Below are positions 19,254 through 29,690 of a stretch of DNA of 64,000 bases, one piece after another. Numbering within the stretch: the first letter of the stretch is position 1; every line of letters starts with the position of its first letter. The stretch is from positions 130-64,129 of the forward strand of contig JBHHUN010000006.1 of assembly GCA_046753765.1 (NCBI GenBank), in the 5' to 3' direction. Under the pieces are notes generated by a model, which saw nothing but the letters and a program-made list of their open reading frames with translations, had not been told where the DNA came from and did not search any database. This DNA is from Candidatus Dojkabacteria bacterium (GTDB taxonomy: Bacteria > Patescibacteriota > Dojkabacteria > B142 > OLB20). The translations under genes were made by a program, and so were the position numbers.

Positions 19254-20027
19254 TCAGTCTGACCATAGAACATCGAGGAATATTGAGGTGTTGTCTCGAA
19301 GCTGCAGGTATAGAGAGGTTCCTGTTTCTAGGCCGAATTCATCCAGGAAAGCATTTGGTTTTATACGTCTGATCTGTGGCACCTCCCTGTAAACAGGGTT
19401 TTTTACAATCTCCTGACGCGCATTTTTTCGAATACAATAGTATGCCAAGCCTTTCTCTTTTTTGAGGATCGAATAGTCCACGACGCCGTTCCCTCGGTGG
19501 ATTCTTACGAAAACAACTGGGTCAACCTCTGTATTAATGAAGGTATAAAAATATCCCTGCGGAACAGCCAGTTTTTCACCCTTTGAGAGCTTTACAATGA
19601 GCCCTTCCTCAACTGCCGTGTGAATATCAAACTCCTCCCTGGGGAGGTTTCTTTGCATGATTACTGTGAGGTTTCCGTGGTGTACCTCAATTACTGTGGA
19701 GCACTTTCCTCCCTCTTTGTCATTAGGGGAGAAATATATATGTGATTTGATGTACTCAACTCCGAGTAGTCCTGCGGGGATACATATGATATCGAAATAC
19801 AGACCTTTTTCGGGGATTCCATTGTCTTCGATATGGAAAACCTGTACATGTTCCTCATACACCATTTCGGGATAGTGAAGCGATTTGTTAAGCAGGGCAG
19901 GGGAGAGGTTTTTGAGTAGTATCCGTTTTGATTTTTTTTGGGTAACGTCATTACTGAATACGAGGCTATTGTTGTTTGGATCAAAGCCTATGTCTAGACA
20001 GCACGTATCAGATAAGTCCACCATCAC
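19254..20027 (-). CDS. Hypothetical protein, possibly cupin-fold
   Basis: 257 aa; weak cupin-like motifs (G..IEVHHG, PQGYFYTFIN); no confident family. Confidence 0.35.
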   Translation of the reverse strand: MMVDLSDTCCLDIGFDPNNNSLVFSNDVTQKKSKRILLKNLSPALLNKSLHYPEMVYEEHVQVFHIEDNGIPEKGLYFDIICIPAGLLGVEYIKSHIYFSPNDKEGGKCSTVIEVHHGNLTVIMQRNLPREEFDIHTAVEEGLIVKLSKGEKLAVPQGYFYTFINTEVDPVVFVRIHRGNGVVDYSILKKEKGLAYYCIRKNARQEIVKNPVYREVPQIRRIKPNAFLDEFGLETGTSLYLQLRDNTSIFLDVLWSD

Positions 20028-20242
20028 TTAAACGGTTTGTTAAGAGGAGAGTAAAGATTAGATTATTATACGCATCTAAAAATTTTTTTGTCAACTTAAA
20101 ACTGTATATGGTTCGTAGACAGCGTTTGCCAGAGGAGTATACTGTTGATCATCTTATCTATTATATTGCTCAGATGACATATAAAAGAGCAATATGGATA
20201 ATCACAGTGATCTCGATTGCGGGAGATGAGGCGATCAGCTGG

Positions 20243-21364
20243 TTAATTGCCAAATAGCTTGTCAGTGAAGCTTTTGTGTTCGGGGAGTTCATTTAGTTTC
20301 TCCCAGAGCTCCCTTTGTTCTTTTGAAAGCCTCTTTGGGATTTTGACCATAATTCTCACGTACTGGTCACCATTACCCGTTCCTCTAAACTTGGGGCCCC
20401 CTAATTTTGACATACGTAAAACGGTCTCCGGTTGAGTTCCCTGGGGGATCTTGAGTGTTTTATTTCCATGAACTGTTGGCACAGAAACCTCAGCCCCAAG
20501 AACTGCTGTGACAGAATCGATCTCTATATCAGTATAGATATCGTTTCCTCTGCGCTCCAACTTCTCATGAGGTGTAATTTCGATATTGACAAACAGATCA
20601 CCGTAACCTCCACCTTTGTCACCGGCGTGGCCCTGACCCGTGAACCTGAGGGTGACTCCATCTGGAATACCCTGCGGGATTCTAATTTTAAAAGTATCTG
20701 TTTTTGCTTCGTGTCCTTTGCCATTACACGTCTCGCAAGTTTCTTCGTAGACGTGTCCCTCTCCCTTGCATGTGGGACAGGATGTCACGGTTTGAATTCC
20801 TCCGAGAATAGTCTGTTGAACCTTGGCTACCCTTCCATTGCCACCACAGGTAGCACAGGTTTTCACTTTGTCGGGGTGCTTCGCGCCGGTACCTTTGCAA
20901 TCTTCACAGACCAGTCTGCGTTTATACTCAAGTGTTTTTTCAACACCAAAAACTGCCTCGTTAAAGCTGAGCTTAATCGTTGACTCAATATCCTGACCCT
21001 TCCTGGGGCCTCTCCGTTGTCCGGCAAATCCACCGAAGTTTCCACCGAAAAACTGTGCAAAGATGTCTTCAATACCGCCCATGTTGCCAAAATCAAACCC
21101 GTTGAAACCACCAAACCCGCCTTGTGCGCCACCTCCAAAACCCTGCGTTCCTGCGTGTCCAAACTGATCGTAGGCCTTTCTTTTTTGATCGTCAGAAAGT
21201 ACTTCATAGGCTTCCTGCACTTCCTTAAACTTCTCTTCTGCATCAGTTTCTTTATTTCGGTCAGGGTGAAACTTCTTAGCGAGTTTGCGAAATGCGGATT
21301 TTATCTGTTTTTTTGTTGCAGTTTTGGAGACACCCAAAACCTCATAGTAGTCTTTCTTTTCCAT
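20243..21364 (-). CDS. dnaJ: Molecular chaperone DnaJ
   Basis: J-domain with HPD ([34 protein letters not shown]), Gly/Phe-rich region, four CxxCxGxG zinc-finger repeats and a C-terminal domain. Confidence 0.9.
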   Translation of the reverse strand: MEKKDYYEVLGVSKTATKKQIKSAFRKLAKKFHPDRNKETDAEEKFKEVQEAYEVLSDDQKRKAYDQFGHAGTQGFGGGAQGGFGGFNGFDFGNMGGIEDIFAQFFGGNFGGFAGQRRGPRKGQDIESTIKLSFNEAVFGVEKTLEYKRRLVCEDCKGTGAKHPDKVKTCATCGGNGRVAKVQQTILGGIQTVTSCPTCKGEGHVYEETCETCNGKGHEAKTDTFKIRIPQGIPDGVTLRFTGQGHAGDKGGGYGDLFVNIEITPHEKLERRGNDIYTDIEIDSVTAVLGAEVSVPTVHGNKTLKIPQGTQPETVLRMSKLGGPKFRGTGNGDQYVRIMVKIPKRLSKEQRELWEKLNELPEHKSFTDKLFGN

Positions 21365-21403
21365 CAGATGCTCTTGTTATTAGAACAAAATTGCGATGCA
21401 AGT

Positions 21404-21429
21404 TTAGCAGACAAACGTGTCGTTTGCTA
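21404..21429 (-). promoter_or_regulatory. CIRCE-like inverted repeat upstream of dnaJ (possible HrcA operator)
   Basis: TTAGCAGAC-N9-GTTTGCTAG resembles TTAGCACTC-N9-GAGTGCTAA; lies 40-65 nt upstream of the dnaJ start codon. Confidence 0.3.
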
Positions 21430-21518
21430 GATGATATTATAGCAGAACGGTCAATTATCATATAAGGTCTGCAGGGGATGCCGGGTTTCAAATTTAACAG
21501 GTGATATGTTAGAATCGC

Positions 21519-23156
21519 TTGTATTCTTTTACATTCCACGCTTTGGCCAAGAAGAAATCGACTAAGAAGAAAGTACAAAAGAAGAAGGAATTTTCTATTG
21601 GCAGGACACCAATAGTGGCTGTTATGGGACACGTGGATCACGGAAAGACTTCTCTGTTAGATGCTATTCGAGGCACTTCTGTGCAAGAGAGTGAAGCAGG
21701 CGGAATTACCCAAAACACGAGAGCACACCAGATTGAGTACAATGGCCAGAAGATCAGCTTTATTGATACCCCGGGTCACGAGGCCTTTAGCGATATGCGT
21801 TCACGTGGGGCGAAGGTCACAGATATGGTGCTTCTTGTTGTTGCCGCCGATGACGGTGTTCAACCTCAAACCAAAGAGTCTATTAAATTTGCTCAGGCAA
21901 GTAATGTCCCTGTGGTGGTTGCTATTAATAAGATCGACAAACCCGGCAAGAAGCTTGCAAAGCTGAAACAAGAGCTGGCATCCGCTGGTCTCGAACTCGA
22001 GGAGTTTGGTGGTGATACATTGGTAAATGAAGTATCTGCTATAGAAAAGAAGGGTCTTAGTGAGCTACTCGAGTCAATCTTATTAGTCGCTGAGCTTGAA
22101 GAGATCAAACCCGAGACCGCGCCAGCCGGAAGGCTTTCCACAGCGTTTGTACTAGAGGCATCGCTCGATAAAAATCTTGGCCCAGTAGCACTTATGCTTG
22201 TTAAGTCTGGTAGATTTACCGAGGGTAACTACGTCGTGCACGCAACGGGCTATGCAAAGGTGAGAGCCCTATTAGACGAGAATCAAGAGAAACTTGATGA
22301 AGCACAGCAGAGTGACCCAGTTTATGTTATCGGACTGAAAGAGGTACTGGCAACCGGTGAGATTGTAAATATTGTCGAGAATGAAAAACAGGCAAAGGCA
22401 CTTCTTAAAGAAGTGCTTCAAGGAGAGGCAGAGCTTCTTGAAGAGCAGCCCGAAAAGCAAGAAGAATCTGAAGATTTAGAACAACCTACTGAAGAGCAGG
22501 ACCTTGAAATGCTTTCCCAGCTCCTTAGTGCTGCACAAAGCGAGAAAGAGATAAAGTACCTGAATCTTGTTTTAAAGACAGGGTCTCAGGGAACACTGGA
22601 AGTAATAAAAAAGGAGCTTGGTGAGCTTGATGATAATGAGGTTAAGATTAAGCTGATCAGTGAAGGTATCGGCCCTATCACTGAAAAAGATGTCACAGCT
22701 GCAAAAGCGGCACACGGGATTGTAATAGGTTTTCAGGTTGAGATCCCCAAGAAACTCCAAAAACTTTCACTGAAAGAGAAGGTGCTTGTGCGAAACTACG
22801 AGGTAATTTACGAGTTGATAGACGAGATGTCAGATGCACTCGATAGTATGTCTGATCCGGTAATAGAGAAGGTAGAGGTTGCAAGGGCAAAGGTTAAGAA
22901 AGTGTTTGTCTTGACCGATGGCAATGCAGTTGCAGGATGTGAGGTGGCAAAAGGAACTGTCATTAAAGGGTACAAGGCCTTCGTTGAGAGGGACGAAGTT
23001 GAGATGGCAGTTGGAAAAATCACAAGCCTGAAGCAAAACAAGAACGAAGTAAAGGAGGTTAAAAAAGGACAGGATTGCGGAATCCTCCTGGAGCCAAACT
23101 ACAAGGAATTAGAGGAGGGAGATTTCATAGTGCTATTCAAGGAAGAGAAGATCTAA
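21519..23156 (+). CDS. infB: Translation initiation factor IF-2 (compact form, 545 aa)
   Basis: G-domain VAVMGHVDHGKTSLLD, DTPGHEAF and NKIDK motifs, then the IF-2 beta-barrel and C-terminal domains; lacks the long N-terminal extension. Confidence 0.85.
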   Translation: MYSFTFHALAKKKSTKKKVQKKKEFSIGRTPIVAVMGHVDHGKTSLLDAIRGTSVQESEAGGITQNTRAHQIEYNGQKISFIDTPGHEAFSDMRSRGAKVTDMVLLVVAADDGVQPQTKESIKFAQASNVPVVVAINKIDKPGKKLAKLKQELASAGLELEEFGGDTLVNEVSAIEKKGLSELLESILLVAELEEIKPETAPAGRLSTAFVLEASLDKNLGPVALMLVKSGRFTEGNYVVHATGYAKVRALLDENQEKLDEAQQSDPVYVIGLKEVLATGEIVNIVENEKQAKALLKEVLQGEAELLEEQPEKQEESEDLEQPTEEQDLEMLSQLLSAAQSEKEIKYLNLVLKTGSQGTLEVIKKELGELDDNEVKIKLISEGIGPITEKDVTAAKAAHGIVIGFQVEIPKKLQKLSLKEKVLVRNYEVIYELIDEMSDALDSMSDPVIEKVEVARAKVKKVFVLTDGNAVAGCEVAKGTVIKGYKAFVERDEVEMAVGKITSLKQNKNEVKEVKKGQDCGILLEPNYKELEEGDFIVLFKEEKI

Positions 23157-23422
23157 ACTAAGAACACCTCTTCCAGCTCATCAAACCCCGGTTCCACCAA
23201 TATCTTATCAACATCATCCTTAAAATCTATCACTATAGTTGGTACTGTCCGGTTTCCATTGTTAAGCTCCATAACAAGGGTTGCGGCTGTTTCGTCATCA
23301 TCGATATTGACCGGTACGTACTCGATCCTGTATTTTTCAAAGAAGATCTCTGCACGTTTGCAGTCAGCGCAAAAACTGGTCTTATACATGGTAATTTTGC
23401 GAATATCGTCTCTTACTTTCAT
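23153..23422 (-). CDS. Glutaredoxin-like / NrdH-like small redoxin
   Basis: 89 aa with CADC active-site motif and thioredoxin-fold spacing (TVPTIVID). Confidence 0.6.
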   Translation of the reverse strand: MKVRDDIRKITMYKTSFCADCKRAEIFFEKYRIEYVPVNIDDDETAATLVMELNNGNRTVPTIVIDFKDDVDKILVEPGFDELEEVFLV

Positions 23423-23470
23423 GGTATTATGGTTTCATGTTTAATTACAAACCCATCATAGCACACTAAT

Positions 23471-24229
23471 ATGCAGGAGTTTTTCGTTAATTTAAAGATG
23501 AGATTTAAATTGACGTACGCTTTAATGGCGGTCAATATCGTGTTGTTTTTACTGACGATCTTGCTTACGACCACCCTGAATGCTTTTCCAAATGATGTTC
23601 TAAGATTTCTTGGGGCTGAGTTTTTCCCAGACATAATCGCTGGCCAGGTCTGGAGGTTGATACTCCCGGCGTTTTTACATGGGGGACTCATCCACCTACT
23701 GATCAATATGTGGGCACTTTGGAACGTAGGTATTCATATCGAGAACTTCTACGGGCGAAGGAAGTTATTTCTTATCTATATTCTAACTGGACTGACAGCG
23801 TCACTGCTTAGTGTTGCCGTAACTTTCTTCGGTTTATTTACATCCGGTAGTACAGGACAGGGCTTTGCAGTGTCGATAGGATCCTCCGGTGCGATCTTTG
23901 GTCTCGTGGGGATTCTACTTGGAAACAATTATAAAAGAGACACATTTACGCCTCCGGTTCCTATTAATACCAGCGGGCTTTGGATCTTCGTGATAGTAAA
24001 CTTGATGTTTGGACTGGGGATAAACAGCCTCGGCGGAACCGTTGGTGTGAACAATGCGGCGCACATTGGTGGACTAATAGGAGGTTTTTTACTGGGGCTT
24101 TACTTAAATCCAATAAACGCTTATTTTGTATCTAAGCGGAAACAATTCGTGGAAAGCGCTCTATTTTTCGCAAGTGTTGCGTTACTCGCAGCAAGTTTCA
24201 TCGCTCATATAATATTTATTATCACCTAA
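23471..24229 (+). CDS. Rhomboid-family intramembrane serine protease
   Basis: Six TM helices; GSSGAIFGLVG (catalytic Ser) and AHIGGLIGG (catalytic His) motifs. Confidence 0.7.
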   Translation: MQEFFVNLKMRFKLTYALMAVNIVLFLLTILLTTTLNAFPNDVLRFLGAEFFPDIIAGQVWRLILPAFLHGGLIHLLINMWALWNVGIHIENFYGRRKLFLIYILTGLTASLLSVAVTFFGLFTSGSTGQGFAVSIGSSGAIFGLVGILLGNNYKRDTFTPPVPINTSGLWIFVIVNLMFGLGINSLGGTVGVNNAAHIGGLIGGFLLGLYLNPINAYFVSKRKQFVESALFFASVALLAASFIAHIIFIIT

Positions 24230-24231
24230 AG

Positions 24232-24879
24232 ATGGTATTGCTTTTTATTGGCCCGTCAGGAAGCGGTAAAGATACTCAAGGAAATCTGTTAGATAAGAAT
24301 TATGAATATCGCACAATCTCTTCTGGAGATGTTTTGAGGGCAGAGGTAGCCAGAGGGTCTGAGATTGGTGATGAGATTGACAAGACTATGAATGAGGGCA
24401 AATGGGTGCCTGATGCAATCACGTACGCCCTGCTTGAACAGCACATGGAAAACGTTCACAACGGAAACATCATCCTAACGGGAGTCGTCAGAACAGTGGA
24501 GCAGATTCCGATGCTTGATACAATGTTGAAAAGAAGAGGCAAGAAACTCGATAGAGTGGTCTACTTTAAGCTTGAGGATGAAGAGGCCGTCAAAAGACTG
24601 TCGAACAGATGGTACGCAAAAGACGGTACAATCTATCACTCAATCTATAATCCTCCAAAGGAGGAAGGTATACACGATGCTGATGGCAGTCCACTGTTTC
24701 AAAGAGAGGATGACAAACCTGATGCAATCAAAGAAAGGTTGAAGCAGTTCCACGAGACCAACAAACCAATCCTGGACACATATGAGGACAGGGGAATCCT
24801 CCTGACGGTCGATGCAGCTCCATCAATAGAGAAGATAAATAAAGTGCTAGTTAAAGAGCTAGGTTTAACTAAAGAGTAA
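24232..24879 (+). CDS. adk: Adenylate kinase family nucleoside-monophosphate kinase
   Basis: P-loop IGPSGSGKDTQ, NMP-binding and LID-like regions, about 215 aa. Confidence 0.65.
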   Translation: MVLLFIGPSGSGKDTQGNLLDKNYEYRTISSGDVLRAEVARGSEIGDEIDKTMNEGKWVPDAITYALLEQHMENVHNGNIILTGVVRTVEQIPMLDTMLKRRGKKLDRVVYFKLEDEEAVKRLSNRWYAKDGTIYHSIYNPPKEEGIHDADGSPLFQREDDKPDAIKERLKQFHETNKPILDTYEDRGILLTVDAAPSIEKINKVLVKELGLTKE

Positions 24880-25855
24880 GAGCTTCGATACCCGTAGTAC
24901 TAAGCACTGCCACCAGATAAACAACATAGATTACCAGAAAGAACAATCCCTCAGACCTATCGACCTTGTTGCGTTGGCCAAGAAATAGCGAGGCAATTAA
25001 GAGAAGAGTCGAAAGTGCGAGAACGAAGGAATCCAGCACGAGACTTTCGATGGATTGAATTGGCCTGATTGAGGCAGACATTCCAAGTATAAACAGGATG
25101 TTGAACACGTTCGATCCAACGATGTTTCCGATGCCGATCTCACCCTGATTTTGTTTAAGAGAAACAAGTATCGTAGCCAGTTCGGGTAATGAAGTACTGA
25201 TAGCAACTACTGTGAGTCCGATTATCCTGTTTGATATTCCCAGCATCTCCGCGATGCTGGTAGCACTTTGTACAATCGCTGTCCCCCCGAGAATCAGTAG
25301 TATCAATCCTGCTGTTCCCAGTGCAACCTGGTTAGTGAAGCGTTTGTGCGTGAGTTCGTGCTCAAGCTCATCATAGTGTTCTTTGTGAGAGAACGCTACG
25401 TAGTATATAAAAATTAAAAAGATCACGAGTAAGATTAGTCCATCGCTGCGTGATAGCAGATTTGGATCAACACCACCTGAAAAAAATGTGTCAAATATCA
25501 GGAGGATGAAGATGACGATGCTAGCAAATGCGAATGGAATGTCTCTGGTTGCCACAAGGTGTCTGACGCTGATGGGTTTAATAAGGGCAGCGATTCCAAT
25601 TACGAAGAGGATGTTAGCGATATTGGTGCCCACGATGTTTCCAATGACAAGATCATTAGCACCGTTCGCCGAGCCGATGATATTGACAATAACCTCAGGA
25701 ATTGATGTGCCGAATGCGATAACCGTGGCGCCAACGACAAATCTTGGCAACCCTGTCTTCTGCGCAATATAAATGCCTGCATCAACTACAAGCTTCGCAC
25801 CCCGCACCAGCAGGAATATACCGACAGGTATTAGTATGAGGTAGATAAGAATCAT
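24869..25855 (-). CDS. Ca2+/cation antiporter (CaCA family, YrbG-like)
   Basis: Two alpha-repeat motifs (GTSIPEV, GNIVGTNIANILFVIG and GNIVGSNVFNILFILG), 10 TM. Confidence 0.75.
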   Translation of the reverse strand: MILIYLILIPVGIFLLVRGAKLVVDAGIYIAQKTGLPRFVVGATVIAFGTSIPEVIVNIIGSANGANDLVIGNIVGTNIANILFVIGIAALIKPISVRHLVATRDIPFAFASIVIFILLIFDTFFSGGVDPNLLSRSDGLILLVIFLIFIYYVAFSHKEHYDELEHELTHKRFTNQVALGTAGLILLILGGTAIVQSATSIAEMLGISNRIIGLTVVAISTSLPELATILVSLKQNQGEIGIGNIVGSNVFNILFILGMSASIRPIQSIESLVLDSFVLALSTLLLIASLFLGQRNKVDRSEGLFFLVIYVVYLVAVLSTTGIEALTL

Positions 25856-25880
25856 TAGCGAGCTGTAATCTAAAGATATA

Positions 25881-26432
25881 CTAAATAATAACTAACAAGC
25901 TGACAATGCTCCCGAGTACAAGTTGTGCAAACTCATGTTTTTTTAAATATATTCTTGACCAAAAAAGGGGTGGTAGTAAGACCAGAAAGGCCAGGAATGC
26001 AGTACCAATCATAGAGCTGATCAATAAGACAGATATTGTGTAAAAAGTTGTATGAAAACTTATCTTCCAGTAAAAAGTGATTGCTGTTGTTACGACCAAC
26101 ACAATCAAGAGGCGGATAAGAATTGGTGTAATAACAGGCAGGGTGTTGATCGATAATAATATCGAGATACTCAGTCCAAGCATGGCAATTAGGAGGATCG
26201 GACGTCTGGTTTTGACATTCGTAAACTCGTAGTCTATCTTTCTCCAAACGAAAACATAAAGGAGGATGTACAAGCCCACTGGGACAACTACAGGTAGAGA
26301 CACAATTACAAGTGACACTAGATCAAGACTGTAGTGTTGCCATAGAGCAAAGCCTGCAAGAGAGATCCATACTGGCGGACCAAGGACTCTGGAGATTGCC
26401 TCTGCTATGACTGTTGTTGTTTTATTCGCCAC
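25881..26432 (-). CDS. Hypothetical integral membrane protein
   Basis: 183 aa, five or six hydrophobic helices, no motif recognised. Confidence 0.4.
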   Translation of the reverse strand: MANKTTTVIAEAISRVLGPPVWISLAGFALWQHYSLDLVSLVIVSLPVVVPVGLYILLYVFVWRKIDYEFTNVKTRRPILLIAMLGLSISILLSINTLPVITPILIRLLIVLVVTTAITFYWKISFHTTFYTISVLLISSMIGTAFLAFLVLLPPLFWSRIYLKKHEFAQLVLGSIVSLLVII

Positions 26433-27067
26433 TTCTTTATCTGCTCATGATCTCCAGAAAGTAGTACATTGGGAACTGTCCACATCTCGCCCTCACTGGT
26501 TAGAAATTCTGCGGGCCTGGTGTACTGTGGTGCTTCGATCATTCCCGGCTGGTTGTGGGATTCACTGGCAAGAGACTCGTCGTTCCCCAAGGCTCCGGGT
26601 AGTAGTCGGATAGTAGCATCTGCAATCACCATCGCAGGTAGCTCTCCCCCTGTGAGTACGTAGTCGCCAATAGAAACGACGTCATCAACGAGATGTAAAG
26701 CCACTCGGTTGTCAACACCCTCGTACCGACCGGTAATAATAATGAGTTGGTCCAGCTTCGAGTAAGACTGTGCACTGGGTTGACTAAAGTGCTCACCGCG
26801 CGCGCTTGTTAAGACCGTTCGCGAATTTACTTCGGTCATTCTGATTTCACCCAGTGCTTTGTAGATCGGCTCAACCATCATTACCATCCCCGGCCCACCA
26901 CCAAATGGGTTGTCATCAACTGTTTTGTGATTATCACTCGTCCAGTCTCTGAGATCATGGAGATTGATCTTGACCAGCTCATCATCAACTGCACGCTTCA
27001 CGATACTCTCACCGAAGGGAGAGGCAAACATACCGGGAAAGATTGTAATAATATCAATTTGTAACAT
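26405..27067 (-). CDS. trmD: tRNA (guanine37-N1)-methyltransferase
   Basis: MLQIDIITIFPGMF...DDNPFGGGPGMVMMVEP...GRYEGVDNR motifs; start taken at the second Met. Confidence 0.85.
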   Translation of the reverse strand: MLQIDIITIFPGMFASPFGESIVKRAVDDELVKINLHDLRDWTSDNHKTVDDNPFGGGPGMVMMVEPIYKALGEIRMTEVNSRTVLTSARGEHFSQPSAQSYSKLDQLIIITGRYEGVDNRVALHLVDDVVSIGDYVLTGGELPAMVIADATIRLLPGALGNDESLASESHNQPGMIEAPQYTRPAEFLTSEGEMWTVPNVLLSGDHEQIKKWRIKQQQS

Positions 27068-27174
27068 CCCTCTACAGATAATTATTAACACAGCATATCT
27101 GCAATTGTAATTTTTTTTGTGTCAGATGCAAAGCAGTGTTACGTTATCATTATGCTTATTAATAAATCTCGCTC

Positions 27175-28521
27175 ATGTCCATCAAAATAGGTTCGACCAA
27201 TGTCTCGGGAATCTTCTGGAAGTACATCCTTTTTGGAGTGTTGTTTACGGCTCTAATTGCCGTTTTTAGTGTAATTATGGCGGGGATAGCATCTTTCCGT
27301 AATGAAGTAACTTTTGATAACTATCTCAGCACGCAGGATATATATCACGGCCCGCTTGAACAATCGGCACCAAGTCTGCAGCCACTTGAGCCCGAAAGCG
27401 AGTTGTATATAGTCAACAGATTAGACGAAATCAAGGCGAAGAGCTTCATTGATAATACGCTGCTATCCTCTACAGATGCGACGGTTGTAATAGATGCTGA
27501 TTTTGTCAAAAAAGGACTATCATATCAGCCAACCTTCCGCACCAGTTTTGATGGGGTCTTTACGCTGAAAAATAAGCTGAATGAGAAGAGCGTTGTGAAG
27601 TTTGTCTTTCCCTTACCCGTGAGCAATGAAAGTGATGAGTTGAGTAATGCAAGATTGGTTGTGGGTGGTAAAGAGGTTGAAAATGCAAAAACTACTGTGA
27701 AGATAACTGACGAGTATGGATTTGTTCAGACGATCAGCGGACTTAAGTGGCAGGGTGAAATTACAGCGGGGGGAGCTGTAGACATTCAGGCAAGCTATAA
27801 CACGGTAGGTCTGTCGTTTTTCACGTATGAAGGCATAGAAAATTCCAAGTCATCTCAGGATATTAGATTTGCGCTTACAATCAACGGTACCCGATCTTAC
27901 AATGTGACCCAGGGCCTTTCTGTTGACGAACGTGAGTTTGGCGAAGACTATGTGAAGCTCACCTGGGATAAAACAGACCTTTTCTCAAAACCACTGATAA
28001 GCGTTTCAGTAGGCGAGAAGTTGAACCCGTCAACACAGGTGTCCCGGGTTTACCTGACTATGGCCCCAATTTACGTCGTGTTTTTTGCAATCCTTCTTTA
28101 TACTTCGTTTCGTTTTGGGAAAATACTGGGTATTCTTGATATGTTCCTTCTTACGGTTCTTTTCACAGTATTTTTCCCGCTGGTTCACTACTTATCCAGT
28201 TTCACCATTGATCCGACAATGGAGCTGTTTGCCGGCATGTCTGATGTGGGCCAATTTTCAATGCCAATCTATGGTGCATTCGTGATTGCGTGGACACTAA
28301 TTGGAGGGATAATGCTTTACCTGACCAGCAGAATATCTGGATTCAAATACTCTTTAAAATTCGCCCTACCAGCGCTTATCCTGTTCATGGGATTCTTCCC
28401 GCTAGTAGTGACAGTCCCTGAGTACAGCATGTTGCTCGTTATCCTGGGATTCGTTGCACTGGTGGCGATTGTTGTTCAAGTTAGGATTAACGTAGGCCAA
28501 ACGGAGAAAGCCGTAGGCTAG
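27175..28521 (+). CDS. Large membrane protein (N-terminal TM, extracytoplasmic domain, C-terminal polytopic region; CreD-like topology)
   Basis: 448 aa; one TM near residue 20, a roughly 250 aa soluble domain, then four or five TM helices. Confidence 0.45.
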   Translation: MSIKIGSTNVSGIFWKYILFGVLFTALIAVFSVIMAGIASFRNEVTFDNYLSTQDIYHGPLEQSAPSLQPLEPESELYIVNRLDEIKAKSFIDNTLLSSTDATVVIDADFVKKGLSYQPTFRTSFDGVFTLKNKLNEKSVVKFVFPLPVSNESDELSNARLVVGGKEVENAKTTVKITDEYGFVQTISGLKWQGEITAGGAVDIQASYNTVGLSFFTYEGIENSKSSQDIRFALTINGTRSYNVTQGLSVDEREFGEDYVKLTWDKTDLFSKPLISVSVGEKLNPSTQVSRVYLTMAPIYVVFFAILLYTSFRFGKILGILDMFLLTVLFTVFFPLVHYLSSFTIDPTMELFAGMSDVGQFSMPIYGAFVIAWTLIGGIMLYLTSRISGFKYSLKFALPALILFMGFFPLVVTVPEYSMLLVILGFVALVAIVVQVRINVGQTEKAVG

Positions 28522-28949
28522 AAAGTGCATGCGGCGTATATACCTGGAAATGACTATGTCAAGTCAACTTCCTCAACAAAGTTATAGTCCGGATTCCAGA
28601 GCATGGGGACGTAACCACGTTTCTGCTCTTTGAATTTTGTAAGACCTATTGACTTGAGAAAATCCCTGATCACTTTCTTTCCTTCGGTTGGTTTTTTGAT
28701 GTTGTCTTTGAGGTGTATCCAAGTGCCTGAAGTTTACCGAGGGCTACATCACCATCAGAAACATCGTACTCATATTCATCACAATGGGTAGCTTTATCGG
28801 AATTCGGAATGAAGTGGAAGTGTTTTAGGCAAACACTTGCTCCACTTTTTCAACTCCCCCAACTGTTTTGGGGTAATCTGGATTTTGGTCTCAATCTCTT
28901 CACAATTGGTGAAAGATTTCTCCGACTTGTAGTAGCTGTGGTGGAGCTA

Positions 28950-29162
28950 CTATTTCTTATTCATCGTCTCGCTTACCCAGACAAGAGCAACCCAAACTGC
29001 TCCAAGTCCGACAAGAGCATATACTACCCGGGCGAGTGTAGACATATCGCCAAACAGAGTAGCAACGAGGTCGTAGTCAAAAAGACCTACAAGTCCCCAG
29101 CTGAGCCCGCCAACTACTACAAGCAGTAAAGCAAGCATGTATAACATTCCTTCGCTTTTCAC
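28950..29162 (-). CDS. DUF378-family small membrane protein
   Basis: LALLLVVVGGLSWGLVGLFDYDLVATLFG...RVVYALVGLGAV matches the DUF378/YuzA signature; the opposite-strand ORF 28809..29129 is judged spurious. Confidence 0.7.
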   Translation of the reverse strand: MKSEGMLYMLALLLVVVGGLSWGLVGLFDYDLVATLFGDMSTLARVVYALVGLGAVWVALVWVSETMNKK

Positions 29163-29197
29163 TTATATCACCTCCTTTACACTGAGATTCTTAGCTA

Positions 29198-29629
29198 ATG
29201 TTACAGTTTTCTTTCTATCATAGCAATTTGGGCTATACTAGCTTTGTGGATAAAGATACAAGGGAGGAAAAACTTGAGAGGATAGCTACTCTGGAAAAGA
29301 AGTTAGACGACCTAAAGCAGGTTTACGCAAATGATGTCGCGACTTCCCACCACGAGCCGCACCAAACTCAACAAATGATGCAGCTTCTAGAGAGACAGAT
29401 CTATGAAATTGAGCAGTCTCTAAGTGAGACAAGGGGTGACGAATACATCCTTTCTGATAGAGAAAATAAGGAGAGAAGGTTTTACCTCGTAAACGATAAC
29501 CCCAACAGCCTTCTTAGCAGGATTAGTAGAGAGTCTGCTGTTGGAGAGAAACTTGCAAAGCTGAAGGTCGGAGATAAGTTGGATCTTGGTGATCAGGAGT
29601 TGAGACTTAAAGAGGTTAACCCTGAATAG
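29198..29629 (+). CDS. Hypothetical coiled-coil protein with a GreA/GreB-like C-terminal domain
   Basis: C-terminal ISRESAVGEKLAKLKVGDKLDLGDQELRLKEV resembles the FKBP-like C-terminal domain of GreA/Rnk; N-terminal coiled coil; start uncertain. Confidence 0.35.
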   Translation: MLQFSFYHSNLGYTSFVDKDTREEKLERIATLEKKLDDLKQVYANDVATSHHEPHQTQQMMQLLERQIYEIEQSLSETRGDEYILSDRENKERRFYLVNDNPNSLLSRISRESAVGEKLAKLKVGDKLDLGDQELRLKEVNPE

Positions 29630-29690
29630 TTGTTGTCCTTATTTTTTGTTCATGATAATTTAGAGTATTATTTCAGTATAAAGATGAATC

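Noticed and set aside
19254-20027. Assignment of the 257-aa protein as a cupin-type phosphoglucose isomerase
   Set aside because: Only weak cupin-like motifs with Tyr in place of the metal-binding His; a canonical pgi is present at 50583; kept as a hypothetical cupin-like protein.
19976-20257. 93-aa plus-strand ORF spanning the cupin-like/dnaJ intergenic region
   Set aside because: It runs antisense into the 5' end of the 19254..20027 gene and the 3' end of dnaJ, is AT-rich and basic, and has no motif; likely non-coding spacer.
28809-29129. 106-aa plus-strand ORF in the track
   Set aside because: It lies antisense to a well-supported DUF378 gene (28950..29162, minus) whose product matches the family signature; the plus ORF has no recognisable features and is likely a shadow ORF.
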